This document shows positions 48,357-57,163 of a stretch of 64,000 nucleotides of DNA, one piece after another. The position numbers and the translations under genes are program-made. Origin of the DNA: a virus. Every line of letters begins with the position of its first letter. The stretch's first letter is position 1. The DNA lies in the IMG/VR virus record IMGVR_UViG_3300050120_000115, positions 24,954-88,953 of that record; one strand, written 5' to 3'. The notes beneath the pieces were generated by a model that searched no databases, was not told the origin of the DNA, and worked only from the letters and a program-made list of their open reading frames with translations.

Positions 48357-48859
48357 CGGTAGTAGTTGCGTACACAACAAAGGACGAGTGCTGGATGGCT
48401 AGCGATTCAGCTAGCTCTGATGGAGCTTCGATTGAGGAGGCTGTTACCCCTAAGGTTATGAGACACGCTGGTGGAGGGTTGATTGGTTCAGCCGGATCGT
48501 GGCTTCTCCTTAACCTTCTCTACCCCCTTCAAAAAAAGAAGTGTGAAGTTTCTGATGTGCTAGATATCATTCGCATCGTCAAAGATGGCCCGCACGCGGA
48601 AGAATTGGATGGTGCAGAAGTTCTAATGGCGTGGCCCGGTAGGCCATTGGTGGTTGTCTATAGTGGTGGGTATTATGTAGAACTCAAGTCCCCGTACACG
48701 GCCATCGGCGTGCCAAAATACGCCCTTGGATTTTTGGAAGGGGCGAAGGACGAGATCGATGGAACAGTACTCAAGAAAGCCGTCACCATCTCAGCAAAAT
48801 ATTCAACATCAGTAGGACTACCCGCTAAACTACTACACGTTACGAAAGGATCAGAGTAG
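48353..48859 (+). CDS. Ntn-hydrolase, HslV/proteasome-beta-like protease
   Basis: M-T-VVVA...MASDS...K...IG.AGS...AIG N-terminal Thr nucleophile pattern. Confidence 0.65.
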   Translation: MTVVVAYTTKDECWMASDSASSDGASIEEAVTPKVMRHAGGGLIGSAGSWLLLNLLYPLQKKKCEVSDVLDIIRIVKDGPHAEELDGAEVLMAWPGRPLVVVYSGGYYVELKSPYTAIGVPKYALGFLEGAKDEIDGTVLKKAVTISAKYSTSVGLPAKLLHVTKGSE

Positions 48860-48860
48860 T

Positions 48861-49205
48861 TTGATTAGAGAATTATTCAATGGAGAGCAACGAGGCGAGT
48901 GTCGGGGAGACTGGGAGCATTTCAAATTCAATAGCAAGAAGAGCGCTGTCACCATGGCCATGTGCGATAGGTGTGTGGTGCGAGAGGCTTGCTTAGAATA
49001 CGCACTGGAACACGAGTCCTATGGAATTTGGGGCGGGGCAAATGAAAAAGACAGGAAGAAGATCCGCAAAGAACGTGGCATCCCCCAACCCCCACTGCTT
49101 GGCTATTACAACCCCCTGTTCCCCGTGAACGTAAAAATTACCAACGCCCGCAGCGCCCAGCGTATGAGGGAGATGCGATACCGCAGACAGGAAGAATCAG
49201 TATGA
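48861..49205 (+). CDS. whiB: WhiB family transcription factor (second copy)
   Basis: C.G....F...MCDRC.VREACLEYAL...YGIWGG..E..R. Confidence 0.9.
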   Translation: MIRELFNGEQRGECRGDWEHFKFNSKKSAVTMAMCDRCVVREACLEYALEHESYGIWGGANEKDRKKIRKERGIPQPPLLGYYNPLFPVNVKITNARSAQRMREMRYRRQEESV

Positions 49206-49927
49206 ATTTAGAAGAAGAACATCAGGCCGTTTGGGAACAGAACTTTCCAGGGCAACGTATACCAGGTAGTGCTGAGCCGCTAGAAGGTAAGTGCGGAGCC
49301 AAGATACGTAATAAAAATCTTGCCGCCATATCCCTGGTCCGCCATTGTAAGGCAGCGGCAGGTCAAGGCACGCCGAATTCTACCGGATGTTGCTCCAGGC
49401 ACGGAGGATCGACGCCGACACACGTCCGTTCAGCGATGCGCAAAAAGGTGGGCAGCGAAATGGCTACTCTAGCAGAGCGCTTAGGTGAGGCCAAACCCAT
49501 CGGACCTCCTGAGGTTGAGTTTTTCATCCTGGCGTCAAAATCCAAACAGTGGGTAACTTTGCTCGAAGAGGAGATGGGCAAACTTGGTGCCGACATAACC
49601 TCGTATGATGCCCAGGGAGTGGAGCGTGTGCGCGCGGTCATCGAATTACTTGAAAGGGGTTGGTCAAGATTTCAAAGCATAATCGAGTTCAGCATGAAGC
49701 ACGACTTGCAGAAGAGAGTGGTAGAGTTAGAGGAACAGCAAGCATCCGCACTGATAGCTATCATTATGAGCGTTATTCTTAGTCAGTCCCTCGCGCTCAC
49801 CGAAAAGCAGGTTGCCACAGCCAGGTCACTTTTGGCTCAGGAGTTCACTAAGGCGGGTAAGTCTCTATCCCCCACCTGGTCCGAAGGTCTTATAGAGAAC
49901 GAAATTATTGATGCTGAAAGTTGGTAA
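49202..49927 (+). CDS. HGGxSTG-like Zn-motif protein, possible terminase small subunit
   Basis: CGAK...C...AG.GT...G.C..HGGSTP followed by a helical region. Confidence 0.55.
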   Translation: MNLEEEHQAVWEQNFPGQRIPGSAEPLEGKCGAKIRNKNLAAISLVRHCKAAAGQGTPNSTGCCSRHGGSTPTHVRSAMRKKVGSEMATLAERLGEAKPIGPPEVEFFILASKSKQWVTLLEEEMGKLGADITSYDAQGVERVRAVIELLERGWSRFQSIIEFSMKHDLQKRVVELEEQQASALIAIIMSVILSQSLALTEKQVATARSLLAQEFTKAGKSLSPTWSEGLIENEIIDAESW

Positions 49928-49931
49928 ACAC

Positions 49932-49960
49932 TTGACAAATCGTAACTTAGGGTATATAAT
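49932..49960 (+). promoter_or_regulatory. Perfect-consensus SigA promoter, leaderless
   Basis: TTGACA-17-TATAAT; ATG follows 6 nt after the -10. Confidence 0.85.
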
Positions 49961-49966
49961 GTAGGT

Positions 49967-50107
49967 ATGCCATACAAAGACCCTGAACAAACAAAGCTTT
50001 ACTACAAAGATTATTACCAGCGTAACAAGGAACACCTGAAAGCCTACGGCATCGCCTACGGCAAGCGTAAACGCGCAGAAGCTAAGGTTGCTAAACATGG
50101 GGGCTAG
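49967..50107 (+). CDS. 46-aa basic ORF resembling a homing-nuclease N-terminus
   Basis: MPYKDPEQ...YYQRNKEHLKAY...KRKR; leaderless start. Confidence 0.55.
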   Translation: MPYKDPEQTKLYYKDYYQRNKEHLKAYGIAYGKRKRAEAKVAKHGG

Positions 50108-51248
50108 AAAACCCAATGTGGGGGTTAACGATCTCGCAACAATCAACCCCGAACTAGCGGCCCAAGCACACGGGTGGGACCCAACGACGCTAAGGATTAA
50201 CAGTATAGAGGTGGTCTTGTGGAAATGTGATAAAAATCATGTTTGGGAATCTACTGTCCATAATCGTACAGCTGGACATAATTGCCCGTATTGCTCGGGA
50301 CGCCGTGCTATTTCTGGCGAGAATGATTTAGCGACCATGCATCCAGATATAGCTGCGCAGGCGAACGGTTGGGACCCTACACAAATACTTCCCTATAGTA
50401 ACGTAAGAAAGCAGTGGCATTGCGATAAAGGTCACTTATGGTTAGCTAGTTCTAGTACAAGAGTATTCTGTAAATTGAATAGCGGCGGTAATGGGTGTCC
50501 TTATTGTAGTGGAAGATACGTGTTGACCGGGTTCAATGATTTGGCCACTCTGTACCCAGAGATTGCAGCAGAGGCCCATGGATGGGATGCTACGCTCACA
50601 TCGGGATATACCAATAAAAAACTAGATTGGATTTGTGGGAGTGGCCATGTATATTGCACCAGGGTCGGACATCGAACTTATTATGGGAGTGGATGTCCAT
50701 ACTGTAGTAATCAAAAAGTTCTTCCGGGTTTTAATGATCTTCTTACGGTTGATCCAGGTTTAGCTGCTCAGGTATATGAAGGAGATCCATCTATGGTTAC
50801 GGTATCTTCTGGAAAGAGATTTAAGTGGATATGTGGATATGGCCATATCTGGTCGTCTCGTGTCGCAGATAGAACTGCTGGCAAGGGATGTTCCGGGTGT
50901 GCTATTCGTGGTTTCAACACAGAAAAGCCTGGATATCTTTATTTATTACGCCACGATCTATGGGGAATGCTACAAATTGGGATCACCAATCTGCCTCAAA
51001 GGAGAATGAACAAGCACGCTGAACTAGGTTGGGAGATTGTAGAGATTAGGGGACCGATGAACGGTAATACCGTGCGAAGGGACGAGAAGGAAATTTTAAG
51101 GTTTCTTCACCGTAACGGTGCCGATGTCGGCAACGCAGGCATAGCCGGAAAGTTCGATGGCTACACAGAGTGTTGGGTAGAAGAAACTTACCCTGTCAAG
51201 TCACTTCAAGAACTCCTAAACGCTGTTGGGGAATTGGTTTCTGACTAG
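50097..51248 (+). CDS. Zn-ribbon repeat (treble-clef) protein with C-terminal GIY-YIG-like nuclease
   Basis: Four NDLAT..P..A....W......W.C..GH.W....R..G.GCPYC repeats, then GYLYLL....QIGIT.....R...H...E...L...DGYTE. Confidence 0.75.
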   Translation: MGARKPNVGVNDLATINPELAAQAHGWDPTTLRINSIEVVLWKCDKNHVWESTVHNRTAGHNCPYCSGRRAISGENDLATMHPDIAAQANGWDPTQILPYSNVRKQWHCDKGHLWLASSSTRVFCKLNSGGNGCPYCSGRYVLTGFNDLATLYPEIAAEAHGWDATLTSGYTNKKLDWICGSGHVYCTRVGHRTYYGSGCPYCSNQKVLPGFNDLLTVDPGLAAQVYEGDPSMVTVSSGKRFKWICGYGHIWSSRVADRTAGKGCSGCAIRGFNTEKPGYLYLLRHDLWGMLQIGITNLPQRRMNKHAELGWEIVEIRGPMNGNTVRRDEKEILRFLHRNGADVGNAGIAGKFDGYTECWVEETYPVKSLQELLNAVGELVSD

Positions 51249-51313
51249 GGTTTTTAGACTTCTTTAGTTATCCGTCTTCCCCCGGCCTAAAATTTAGATG
51301 CGAGAAGGCGGGA

Positions 51314-51460
51314 CTAACCAACGCGTTGGAACTCAGTCATCTTATTACCCTTTACCATCTTGCAACGGTGGGCTACTTCTTTGATGAAGGAAGGCTGACG
51401 CTGGCGCTCATTGCACTTGGGGCATACCCACACTGACTGACGTTGCTTCTCGACTACCAT
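51314..51460 (-). CDS. Small Zn-finger protein (48 aa, not in ORF track)
   Basis: MVVEKQRQSVWVCPKC...VAHRC...; GAGG RBS. Confidence 0.55.
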   Translation of the reverse strand: MVVEKQRQSVWVCPKCNERQRQPSFIKEVAHRCKMVKGNKMTEFQRVG

Positions 51461-51684
51461 GAATTTTCCTCGCTCGGGGGAAGGGACAAGCCGGGAACGA
51501 AGTCCACCTTCATAAGTCCAATGAACTGAGTGTAGTCTAGTGTAGGGATATTAGAATACATTGCTCCACAGGTCGGGCACTCTGCCTCCTTGCCTCCCCA
51601 GCTGTCCACCCAGTCTCCGCATTCCGCGCAACTAAAAATAGAGTACTCTATTGCTACGTCTACAGCTATCGGCTCTGGTCTCAT
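51454..51684 (-). CDS. Small Zn-ribbon protein
   Basis: CAECG...CPTCG; ATGA-coupled start at 51684. Confidence 0.55.
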   Translation of the reverse strand: MRPEPIAVDVAIEYSIFSCAECGDWVDSWGGKEAECPTCGAMYSNIPTLDYTQFIGLMKVDFVPGLSLPPSEENSW

Positions 51685-51950
51685 GTCTCGTCGTCCTCTT
51701 GTGAGTCTTTCCACTCATAGTACTTGTCGTTTTCTTTATTTTCCCGTTCCCCGATTGGATGAACACCAAGATCCTCAAGGTGAAGAAGGATTGGAAAGGC
51801 TAGTCCCTCAATCATCGCTCTTTGTGGTTTGTTGATTTTGGGAGGAGTACTGATGTTATTGAGGGCGCGGTACCAGCCGCTCAATTCAGCAACAGCCATG
51901 TCTAGTTCGGTAAATTCCTTCTCTATATTGTCGTACTTTTTGTGGCTCAT
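51681..51950 (-). CDS. Hypothetical protein
   Basis: ATGA-coupled with RBS. Confidence 0.55.
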   Translation of the reverse strand: MSHKKYDNIEKEFTELDMAVAELSGWYRALNNISTPPKINKPQRAMIEGLAFPILLHLEDLGVHPIGERENKENDKYYEWKDSQEDDET

Positions 51951-52354
51951 GCTTCCTCATACCCGTCGAGCTGCTGTACAGCGTAGTTGATCATACTGTC
52001 ACAGAATATCTTTTGACTCGAAAAAAACCACGCGGGGCAGACGGAATTATAGATGTAGTGTCCGACGAGTTTGATCAACTGAAGAGGGCTCTCTAGGGAG
52101 TCGTTGCGGTCCCACGAGTACTTGACTCGTTCCGGTAGGTTCTCTTCCCCCCCGGCCAAAATTGCGGAGGCTTCTCGGTTCATGTTGATGAGCCACTCGC
52201 CAAGCTGATTCTGAGTTAAGAACTGCCACGACAATGCGGGCTTATCTACTTCAGACGCTTCAAAGTCTAGCATGAGCACGCTATTCTGCGAGCTATCCCA
52301 GGCTACTGTCGTGATAGCGTCAATTTCATCTTTGGAAAGCAAAGACATTTTCAA
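51947..52354 (-). CDS. Hypothetical conserved phage protein
   Basis: First gene after a promoter; G..L...N..S...KL...Y.Y.S...W..S pattern. Confidence 0.6.
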   Translation of the reverse strand: MKMSLLSKDEIDAITTVAWDSSQNSVLMLDFEASEVDKPALSWQFLTQNQLGEWLINMNREASAILAGGEENLPERVKYSWDRNDSLESPLQLIKLVGHYIYNSVCPAWFFSSQKIFCDSMINYAVQQLDGYEEA

Positions 52355-52369
52355 CCTTTCGTTTATCTT

Positions 52370-52398
52370 AGTATAGCATAAATGCTGATCTTTGTCAA
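52370..52398 (-). promoter_or_regulatory. SigA promoter
   Basis: TTGACA-17-TATACT with TGC extension, minus strand. Confidence 0.8.
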
Positions 52399-52523
52399 GC
52401 CTAACTGGTTATACCTAAAACTCTGGAAGTTTGAAATCCCTGATAAAAAGGCACAAAAACCATTTTGGCGGCGGCGGCAAACGGTCCCTATGAACAAAGG
52501 TTCAAGAAATATGAGAAAAGGTG

Positions 52524-52552
52524 TTGACACGGAGGAGAAAGTACTGTACACT
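52524..52552 (+). promoter_or_regulatory. SigA promoter, leaderless
   Basis: TTGACA-17-TACACT; ATG at 52559. Confidence 0.75.
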
Positions 52553-52558
52553 GGATAC

Positions 52559-52756
52559 ATGACAGATATTCGAATTCGAACATATGCGGAAAATGAAGAG
52601 CGTACTCGCCGGTTTTTGGATCACGCTAAAGACGACTGGTATTCAGGCGATATTAAGGAAGCTGCCTTCTTGGCTACTTGTGCAGTCGCTACTTCTAATC
52701 TCGCTATCGCCGCCGCAATTTTAGCGCGCCCCCAGCCGGATAATGGAGTCATCTAA
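52559..52756 (+). CDS. Hypothetical early protein
   Basis: Leaderless ATG 52559 (MTDIRIRT...). Confidence 0.6.
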   Translation: MTDIRIRTYAENEERTRRFLDHAKDDWYSGDIKEAAFLATCAVATSNLAIAAAILARPQPDNGVI

Positions 52757-52947
52757 TGACCTACACGCAATGCCTCCACTGCATTGACGAGGTGAGTAAC
52801 AATCCTTGCGACCTTGATTTATTTATCCGTCTCGCGGAAGGTGGAGAACATCCAGAAAAGGGCGAGTGGTTCCACCCCTACTATGCAGATGTATGGTGTC
52901 ATAACGCAGAAGGTACTAAAGCAGCCCCAGGGAGGGTACACGGATGA
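52756..52947 (+). CDS. Small Cys/His protein
   Basis: C.HC...W.H.....C......A.P; TAATG-coupled. Confidence 0.55.
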   Translation: MTYTQCLHCIDEVSNNPCDLDLFIRLAEGGEHPEKGEWFHPYYADVWCHNAEGTKAAPGRVHG

Positions 52948-53399
52948 GTAACATTTTTCAAATCGGGGATTGGGTCAGGTTCAAGGATGAAGACGACTTT
53001 GGTCTAAGTACGCACCTTAAGGTGGTAGACTTGAAACCAGTTGGGAATGGGAATGAGTTTAGTTACACTCTTTTTGACCCCGCATCCCCCGATGCTGAAA
53101 TTAAGAGCTATGGCTCCGAACTGGAACTCGTGGAAATTCTTGAAAGGGGGAAGACGGAACCAAAGACGAAAACCACCTACAGGATGGCAAACGGAGACCT
53201 TATCTATGGAGAGTACAGCTATGTAGGGGACCTAGAATTCTTTGAGGATAGTGATGAACCTACTGAACTAGTGAAAGAGACATGGGTACTCGTGTCTTCA
53301 GAACAGCTCACTATCCCCGGACTAGATTCAGAGGATGACAATTACGAAGACGACATTGTTCAAGCCGATGATTTACACCGATACAGCATGGGAGGATAA
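52944..53399 (+). CDS. KOW/SH3-like domain protein, acidic
   Basis: FQIGDWVRFK...Y.L......ELELV. Confidence 0.55.
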   Translation: MSNIFQIGDWVRFKDEDDFGLSTHLKVVDLKPVGNGNEFSYTLFDPASPDAEIKSYGSELELVEILERGKTEPKTKTTYRMANGDLIYGEYSYVGDLEFFEDSDEPTELVKETWVLVSSEQLTIPGLDSEDDNYEDDIVQADDLHRYSMGG

Positions 53400-53401
53400 C
53401 G

Positions 53402-53599
53402 ATGGAGATCATTGAGGACAGATGGACCGCAGTAAACGGAAATGTTTGGACCAGAGAAGAGTTTTTAGATAAGATGGAGTGGGAGGGTGGTCTGGTAGAC
53501 ATGATCGGTTGGGGTGGTGCTGGTTGCTTCCCTCCGTCTCTCCGCGAGATGGCTAAGAGTATTGAGGATTTTGAGTTCGGGGAGGACGAAGGTGAATAA
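53402..53599 (+). CDS. Small acidic protein
   Basis: GGAGG RBS; KMEWEGG motif. Confidence 0.6.
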   Translation: MEIIEDRWTAVNGNVWTREEFLDKMEWEGGLVDMIGWGGAGCFPPSLREMAKSIEDFEFGEDEGE

Positions 53600-53939
53600 G
53601 CAAGAGGCACTAAAGAGTGCAGAAGATTCAATAGGTTTAGCCAGGACTGCTGGAACAGGCTACTTACCAGCGTATTATCTTGCTAGAGCACAAGTATATT
53701 CTACACTAGCTATAGCGCTCAAGGAGGAGCCTGTCCCCAATTCCGTTCCCCCCGTCCGAAAATTTAGTGGGCCGGGAGATGATGAGTACAATCAGGGGTA
53801 TGAGCAAGGACTATATGATGGAGCACACGACCTAGCAAAGTTAATTGACAATTACACCAACGATCCCTACAAGCCTTACGAGGCAAAAATTCAATTGATA
53901 CGCGAATCGTGTGGGTACGTTCTTGAGGTGGAAAAATAG
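53592..53939 (+). CDS. Hypothetical protein
   Basis: GTG start at 53592 (MNKQEALK...); AQVY.TLA, Y.QGYEQG motifs. Confidence 0.55.
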   Translation: MNKQEALKSAEDSIGLARTAGTGYLPAYYLARAQVYSTLAIALKEEPVPNSVPPVRKFSGPGDDEYNQGYEQGLYDGAHDLAKLIDNYTNDPYKPYEAKIQLIRESCGYVLEVEK

Positions 53940-54091
53940 TGTCATTAACTTTTGACGACATGGAACCCGAAGAGGATTACGGACTGAACGACTGGCTAGA
54001 GCAATTGCTGGAAGAGACCTGGCTCGAATTTTTAGAGGCGGGGGAAGAGGAAATGCACGAAGGAGAGGACGCGGATGAACTCGATGAATGA
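53939..54091 (+). CDS. Extremely acidic 50-aa protein (not in ORF track)
   Basis: TAGTG-coupled with GAGGTGG RBS; 22 D/E and no K/R. Confidence 0.55.
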   Translation: MSLTFDDMEPEEDYGLNDWLEQLLEETWLEFLEAGEEEMHEGEDADELDE

Positions 54092-55496
54092 CCTAGAGAC
54101 AACTGTTATGAAGATTGTCCACTTGGTGGAGGACGTCTACGGTCACGCTATCATTGTCGGGGGTGCCGTTCGTGATTTCTACATGTCCGGCGAGGCAGAT
54201 ATTTTTGAGTCTGCTACGGATATTGACCTAGAGATTTTCGGACTTCCCTGGGGGGACGTGAAGTGTATCCTAGAGGCTCTGGAGCTTGAGTACGATGAGG
54301 TTGGCGAACAGTTCTGTGTCTTGAAGATCAAGGGTCTCCCCATCGACATCTCCATTCCCCGCCGCGAAAATGTAACTGGTGCTGGGCACAAGGACTTCGA
54401 CGTTATCGGTGACCCTCATATGTCATTCGAAGAGGCTGCTAAGCGTCGTGATTTCACGATGAACGCCATGGGCTGGAACCCGACGACTAAGACATTCATC
54501 GATCCATATCATGGACGTTTAGCCATAGAATTAGGTAGGATATTTCATGTATCTAATAAATTCAGTGAAGACCCATTGCGACCAATCCGTGGTGCAAGAT
54601 TCTCTGCTAGATTTGGAATGATACTTTCTGGGCCAACTGGTGAATTGTGTTTTATTATGAATGAATCGATTAGTGACTTACCATCTGAGCGTATATGGAT
54701 GGAATTCAGACGTGCTCTTCTAGAGTCATACAAACCATCAACCTTTTTTTGGGAACTTGATTTAATGAAATGGTTAGAAGGTATTTTCCCAGAAATATCA
54801 GCATTGCAGGGTGTAATTCAAGATCCTGAATGGCATCCAGAAGGGGATGTTTATGCACACACGATGCACGCACTAGATTACTGGGCGCAGAATCTTAAGA
54901 CCGGCAACGACGAGGACGATTTGATCGTGGCGCTCTCCGTCCTGTGTCACGACTTTGGCAAAGTTTCTACTACAGAGTTTGTGGACGGAAAAATTCGTGC
55001 GCGGGGACACGAGGAGGCTGGAGCAGAACCCACCAAGAACTTCTTGCACCGTATGCGTCAGTACGAACTCGCTAAGCAGGTAATCCCCATTGTTGAGAAC
55101 CATCTGTACCCGCTCCATGTGGACCAATTTTCCGCGCGGGGGATACGGAGACTGGCAACGAAGGTCCCACGACTTGACCTCCTAGCCATCGTCTCAAGAG
55201 CAGACGTAGCAGGTAGACCCCCTATCGACCCAGCAAACTCCTTTGCCAAGATTGACGAGTTCGAGCGTATGGTGAGTTTAGTAGATTCTCCAGTAGGCGG
55301 CCCTAAGCGTTTGGCGACTGGGGATATGCTCATTGATATGGGTCTCTCCCCCGGTCCAGAATTTAAGGTCATCTTAGACCACGCTTATGAGTTGCAGTTA
55401 GACGGGATCATTAGCGATTCAGAAGATGCTTTGGAAGTATTGCATCAGCTGTTAGACGGTCCCATGACCGCCTACGGACACAATTTAGAAGATTAG
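54075..55496 (+). CDS. cca: Class II CCA-adding tRNA nucleotidyltransferase with HD domain
   Basis: VGGAVRD, DIDLE, RRDFTMNA, EDPLR..R..RF, ERIW.E, HPEGDV..H, LCHDFGK, GHE. Confidence 0.9.
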   Translation: MNSMNDLETTVMKIVHLVEDVYGHAIIVGGAVRDFYMSGEADIFESATDIDLEIFGLPWGDVKCILEALELEYDEVGEQFCVLKIKGLPIDISIPRRENVTGAGHKDFDVIGDPHMSFEEAAKRRDFTMNAMGWNPTTKTFIDPYHGRLAIELGRIFHVSNKFSEDPLRPIRGARFSARFGMILSGPTGELCFIMNESISDLPSERIWMEFRRALLESYKPSTFFWELDLMKWLEGIFPEISALQGVIQDPEWHPEGDVYAHTMHALDYWAQNLKTGNDEDDLIVALSVLCHDFGKVSTTEFVDGKIRARGHEEAGAEPTKNFLHRMRQYELAKQVIPIVENHLYPLHVDQFSARGIRRLATKVPRLDLLAIVSRADVAGRPPIDPANSFAKIDEFERMVSLVDSPVGGPKRLATGDMLIDMGLSPGPEFKVILDHAYELQLDGIISDSEDALEVLHQLLDGPMTAYGHNLED

Positions 55497-55570
55497 TTAT
55501 CCACAACCCATTTTGACCAGGGGAAAGACGGAATCTAAAGATTTGCAAACGAGGATAAGTGTGCTATACT
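55497..55570 (+). promoter_or_regulatory. DnaA-box-like 9-mer and extended -10 promoter upstream of the Rpf-like gene
   Basis: TTATCCACA at 55497-55505; TGC-TATACT at 55562-55570. Confidence 0.55.
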
Positions 55571-55643
55571 TAAGTGAACAACAAGAGGAGGCTGAGTGAA
55601 AATAACATTCACCACGTAATTATTTGCTGACCATCGGAGTATC

Positions 55644-56057
55644 GTGTTTAAAAACATCAGAATACTAGTAGTAACCCTTTTTTTGTCCTTGTCCGTCTTC
55701 GTCGTTCCGGCTCCGGCTGGTGCGGCACCTATTCATCATCATCCAGTAGTTATTCATCAAGTGGTCCACAAGCCTGTGGTCGCTTCAAAACCCCTCGTTT
55801 CCCCCCTCCAAAAAATTCAGTGGTCGTGGGTCGGATTTTGTGAAACGCATGACGACTGGACCATGGAAGGCTCTCTTTACGCCGGAGCACTTGGCATCAC
55901 AAGGACTAATTGGATTGCCTACGGGGGGAGACGGTTCGCTTACGACGCAGCCCACGCGACCCCTTCAGAGCAGATCTATATAGCAACAGTTATCAACAAG
56001 GGTTATCCAGTGCCCGACCAACCTACTGGAATTTACTGTGACCCGCGAGGATGGTAG
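55644..56057 (+). CDS. Secreted resuscitation-promoting-factor (Rpf)-like transglycosylase
   Basis: Signal peptide (...APAGA); W....CET...W......Y.G.LG.....W..YGG.....A..AT..EQI..A...GW Rpf domain. Confidence 0.8.
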   Translation: MFKNIRILVVTLFLSLSVFVVPAPAGAAPIHHHPVVIHQVVHKPVVASKPLVSPLQKIQWSWVGFCETHDDWTMEGSLYAGALGITRTNWIAYGGRRFAYDAAHATPSEQIYIATVINKGYPVPDQPTGIYCDPRGW

Positions 56058-56059
56058 CA

Positions 56060-56290
56060 ATGACAGACATGAGCCTTCAAGAGGTGATCGACGGACTTCG
56101 CAGTGGTGTTGGCGTCGATATGCAAGAATTAATAGATAAGCTATTGACAAACGCATCAGATGCTGGTAGACTTAAAGTATTAGAAAATGCAGTAGACGAC
56201 GGAACGTTCGAGTCGTGGCCGATGTCATTGGGACTGGCTAACTATCTGGAGGATATACTCAGTGGAGAAGAAGATATTCAAGAAGGGTGA
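56060..56290 (+). CDS. Small acidic protein
   Basis: ORF between Rpf and the next gene. Confidence 0.5.
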   Translation: MTDMSLQEVIDGLRSGVGVDMQELIDKLLTNASDAGRLKVLENAVDDGTFESWPMSLGLANYLEDILSGEEDIQEG

Positions 56291-56912
56291 CCGGGTTAGG
56301 ATCAGAAATATGACGTATGGCGCTAGTCCTACGTATGTGGGCAGAACTGGTACTATTGACGAACGCTCTAACTCTGATTTATTCGGGGAACCTGCTTACT
56401 GGATTTATTTAGATGATTCTGAGAGGGGATTTAACGGTAAGGGTATTTTTACTGTTTCAGAGTTGGAGTTGCTTCCAGAAACCACGTCTTCCCCCGAGAC
56501 AATTTTTGATGTAGGAGACAGGGTCATATCCACGAAAGATGGCTTAAGGGGGGTAGTAACGGAGCTTGTAAATTCTCGTAACTCTGATTTTTACTTCGTA
56601 TGGGTTAGGTTTGATGGCCCTGGCTTCTCGGAGACTCGCAGAGATTCAGAACTCGTATTCGAGGGCGAGCCGATCAAAACCTTCACCGGATATCGCACCG
56701 GGGATATAACGGACACTCATAACGAAGACCAACGTAATGATAGCAAGGAACCTCAGTACTATGGATGTGTATTCCCAAATGGACGCACAGTACTTTCTTG
56801 GAACACTTCTGTAGAGTCCCTTTCTGTATTTGACTCCTACGCCGAATTCGAAAAAATACACGGACATTACGAAGACGGTTATGGAACCTTCATAGCATGG
56901 GACAAGAAGTAA
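56262..56912 (+). CDS. Protein with two KOW/SH3-like modules and a conserved actinophage C-terminal domain
   Basis: FKKGDRVRI, FDVGDRV; G.VF.NG..VL.W.....S..VFDS......IHGH...GT.I.W. Confidence 0.6.
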   Translation: MEKKIFKKGDRVRIRNMTYGASPTYVGRTGTIDERSNSDLFGEPAYWIYLDDSERGFNGKGIFTVSELELLPETTSSPETIFDVGDRVISTKDGLRGVVTELVNSRNSDFYFVWVRFDGPGFSETRRDSELVFEGEPIKTFTGYRTGDITDTHNEDQRNDSKEPQYYGCVFPNGRTVLSWNTSVESLSVFDSYAEFEKIHGHYEDGYGTFIAWDKK

Positions 56913-57163
56913 TGAGTGTTTGCGTACTTACAAAGTTCGATGTAGACTCTGAAAGGATTCTGGTCGGGGAACGAATTACGGAGGTTTTCAAGGACTGGCG
57001 TTCTGTAGAAGAATATTATCCAGACGTATTATTTCAGATTTGGCATTACGATGATATTGTAAAGGGATTGTACGCAGAAGTTAGGAATGACGTAAGGTTC
57101 GGGAGCGGAATGATTCATCGTACAACAGTATATGATGCGCTAATTTGTGAGGTGAAGGAATAA
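56912..57163 (+). CDS. Hypothetical protein
   Basis: TAATG-coupled start at 56912. Confidence 0.5.
   Translation: MSVCVLTKFDVDSERILVGERITEVFKDWRSVEEYYPDVLFQIWHYDDIVKGLYAEVRNDVRFGSGMIHRTTVYDALICEVKE

Noticed and set aside
52382-52558. N-terminal extension of ORF 52382-52756 (likewise the listed starts at 39181, 4765 and 63727)
   Set aside because: These extensions run through promoters or a terminator; better leaderless or SD-led starts lie downstream.
55571-55643. c-di-AMP (ydaO) riboswitch ahead of the Rpf-like gene
   Set aside because: The leader is about 70 nt, too short, and lacks the recognisable conserved elements.
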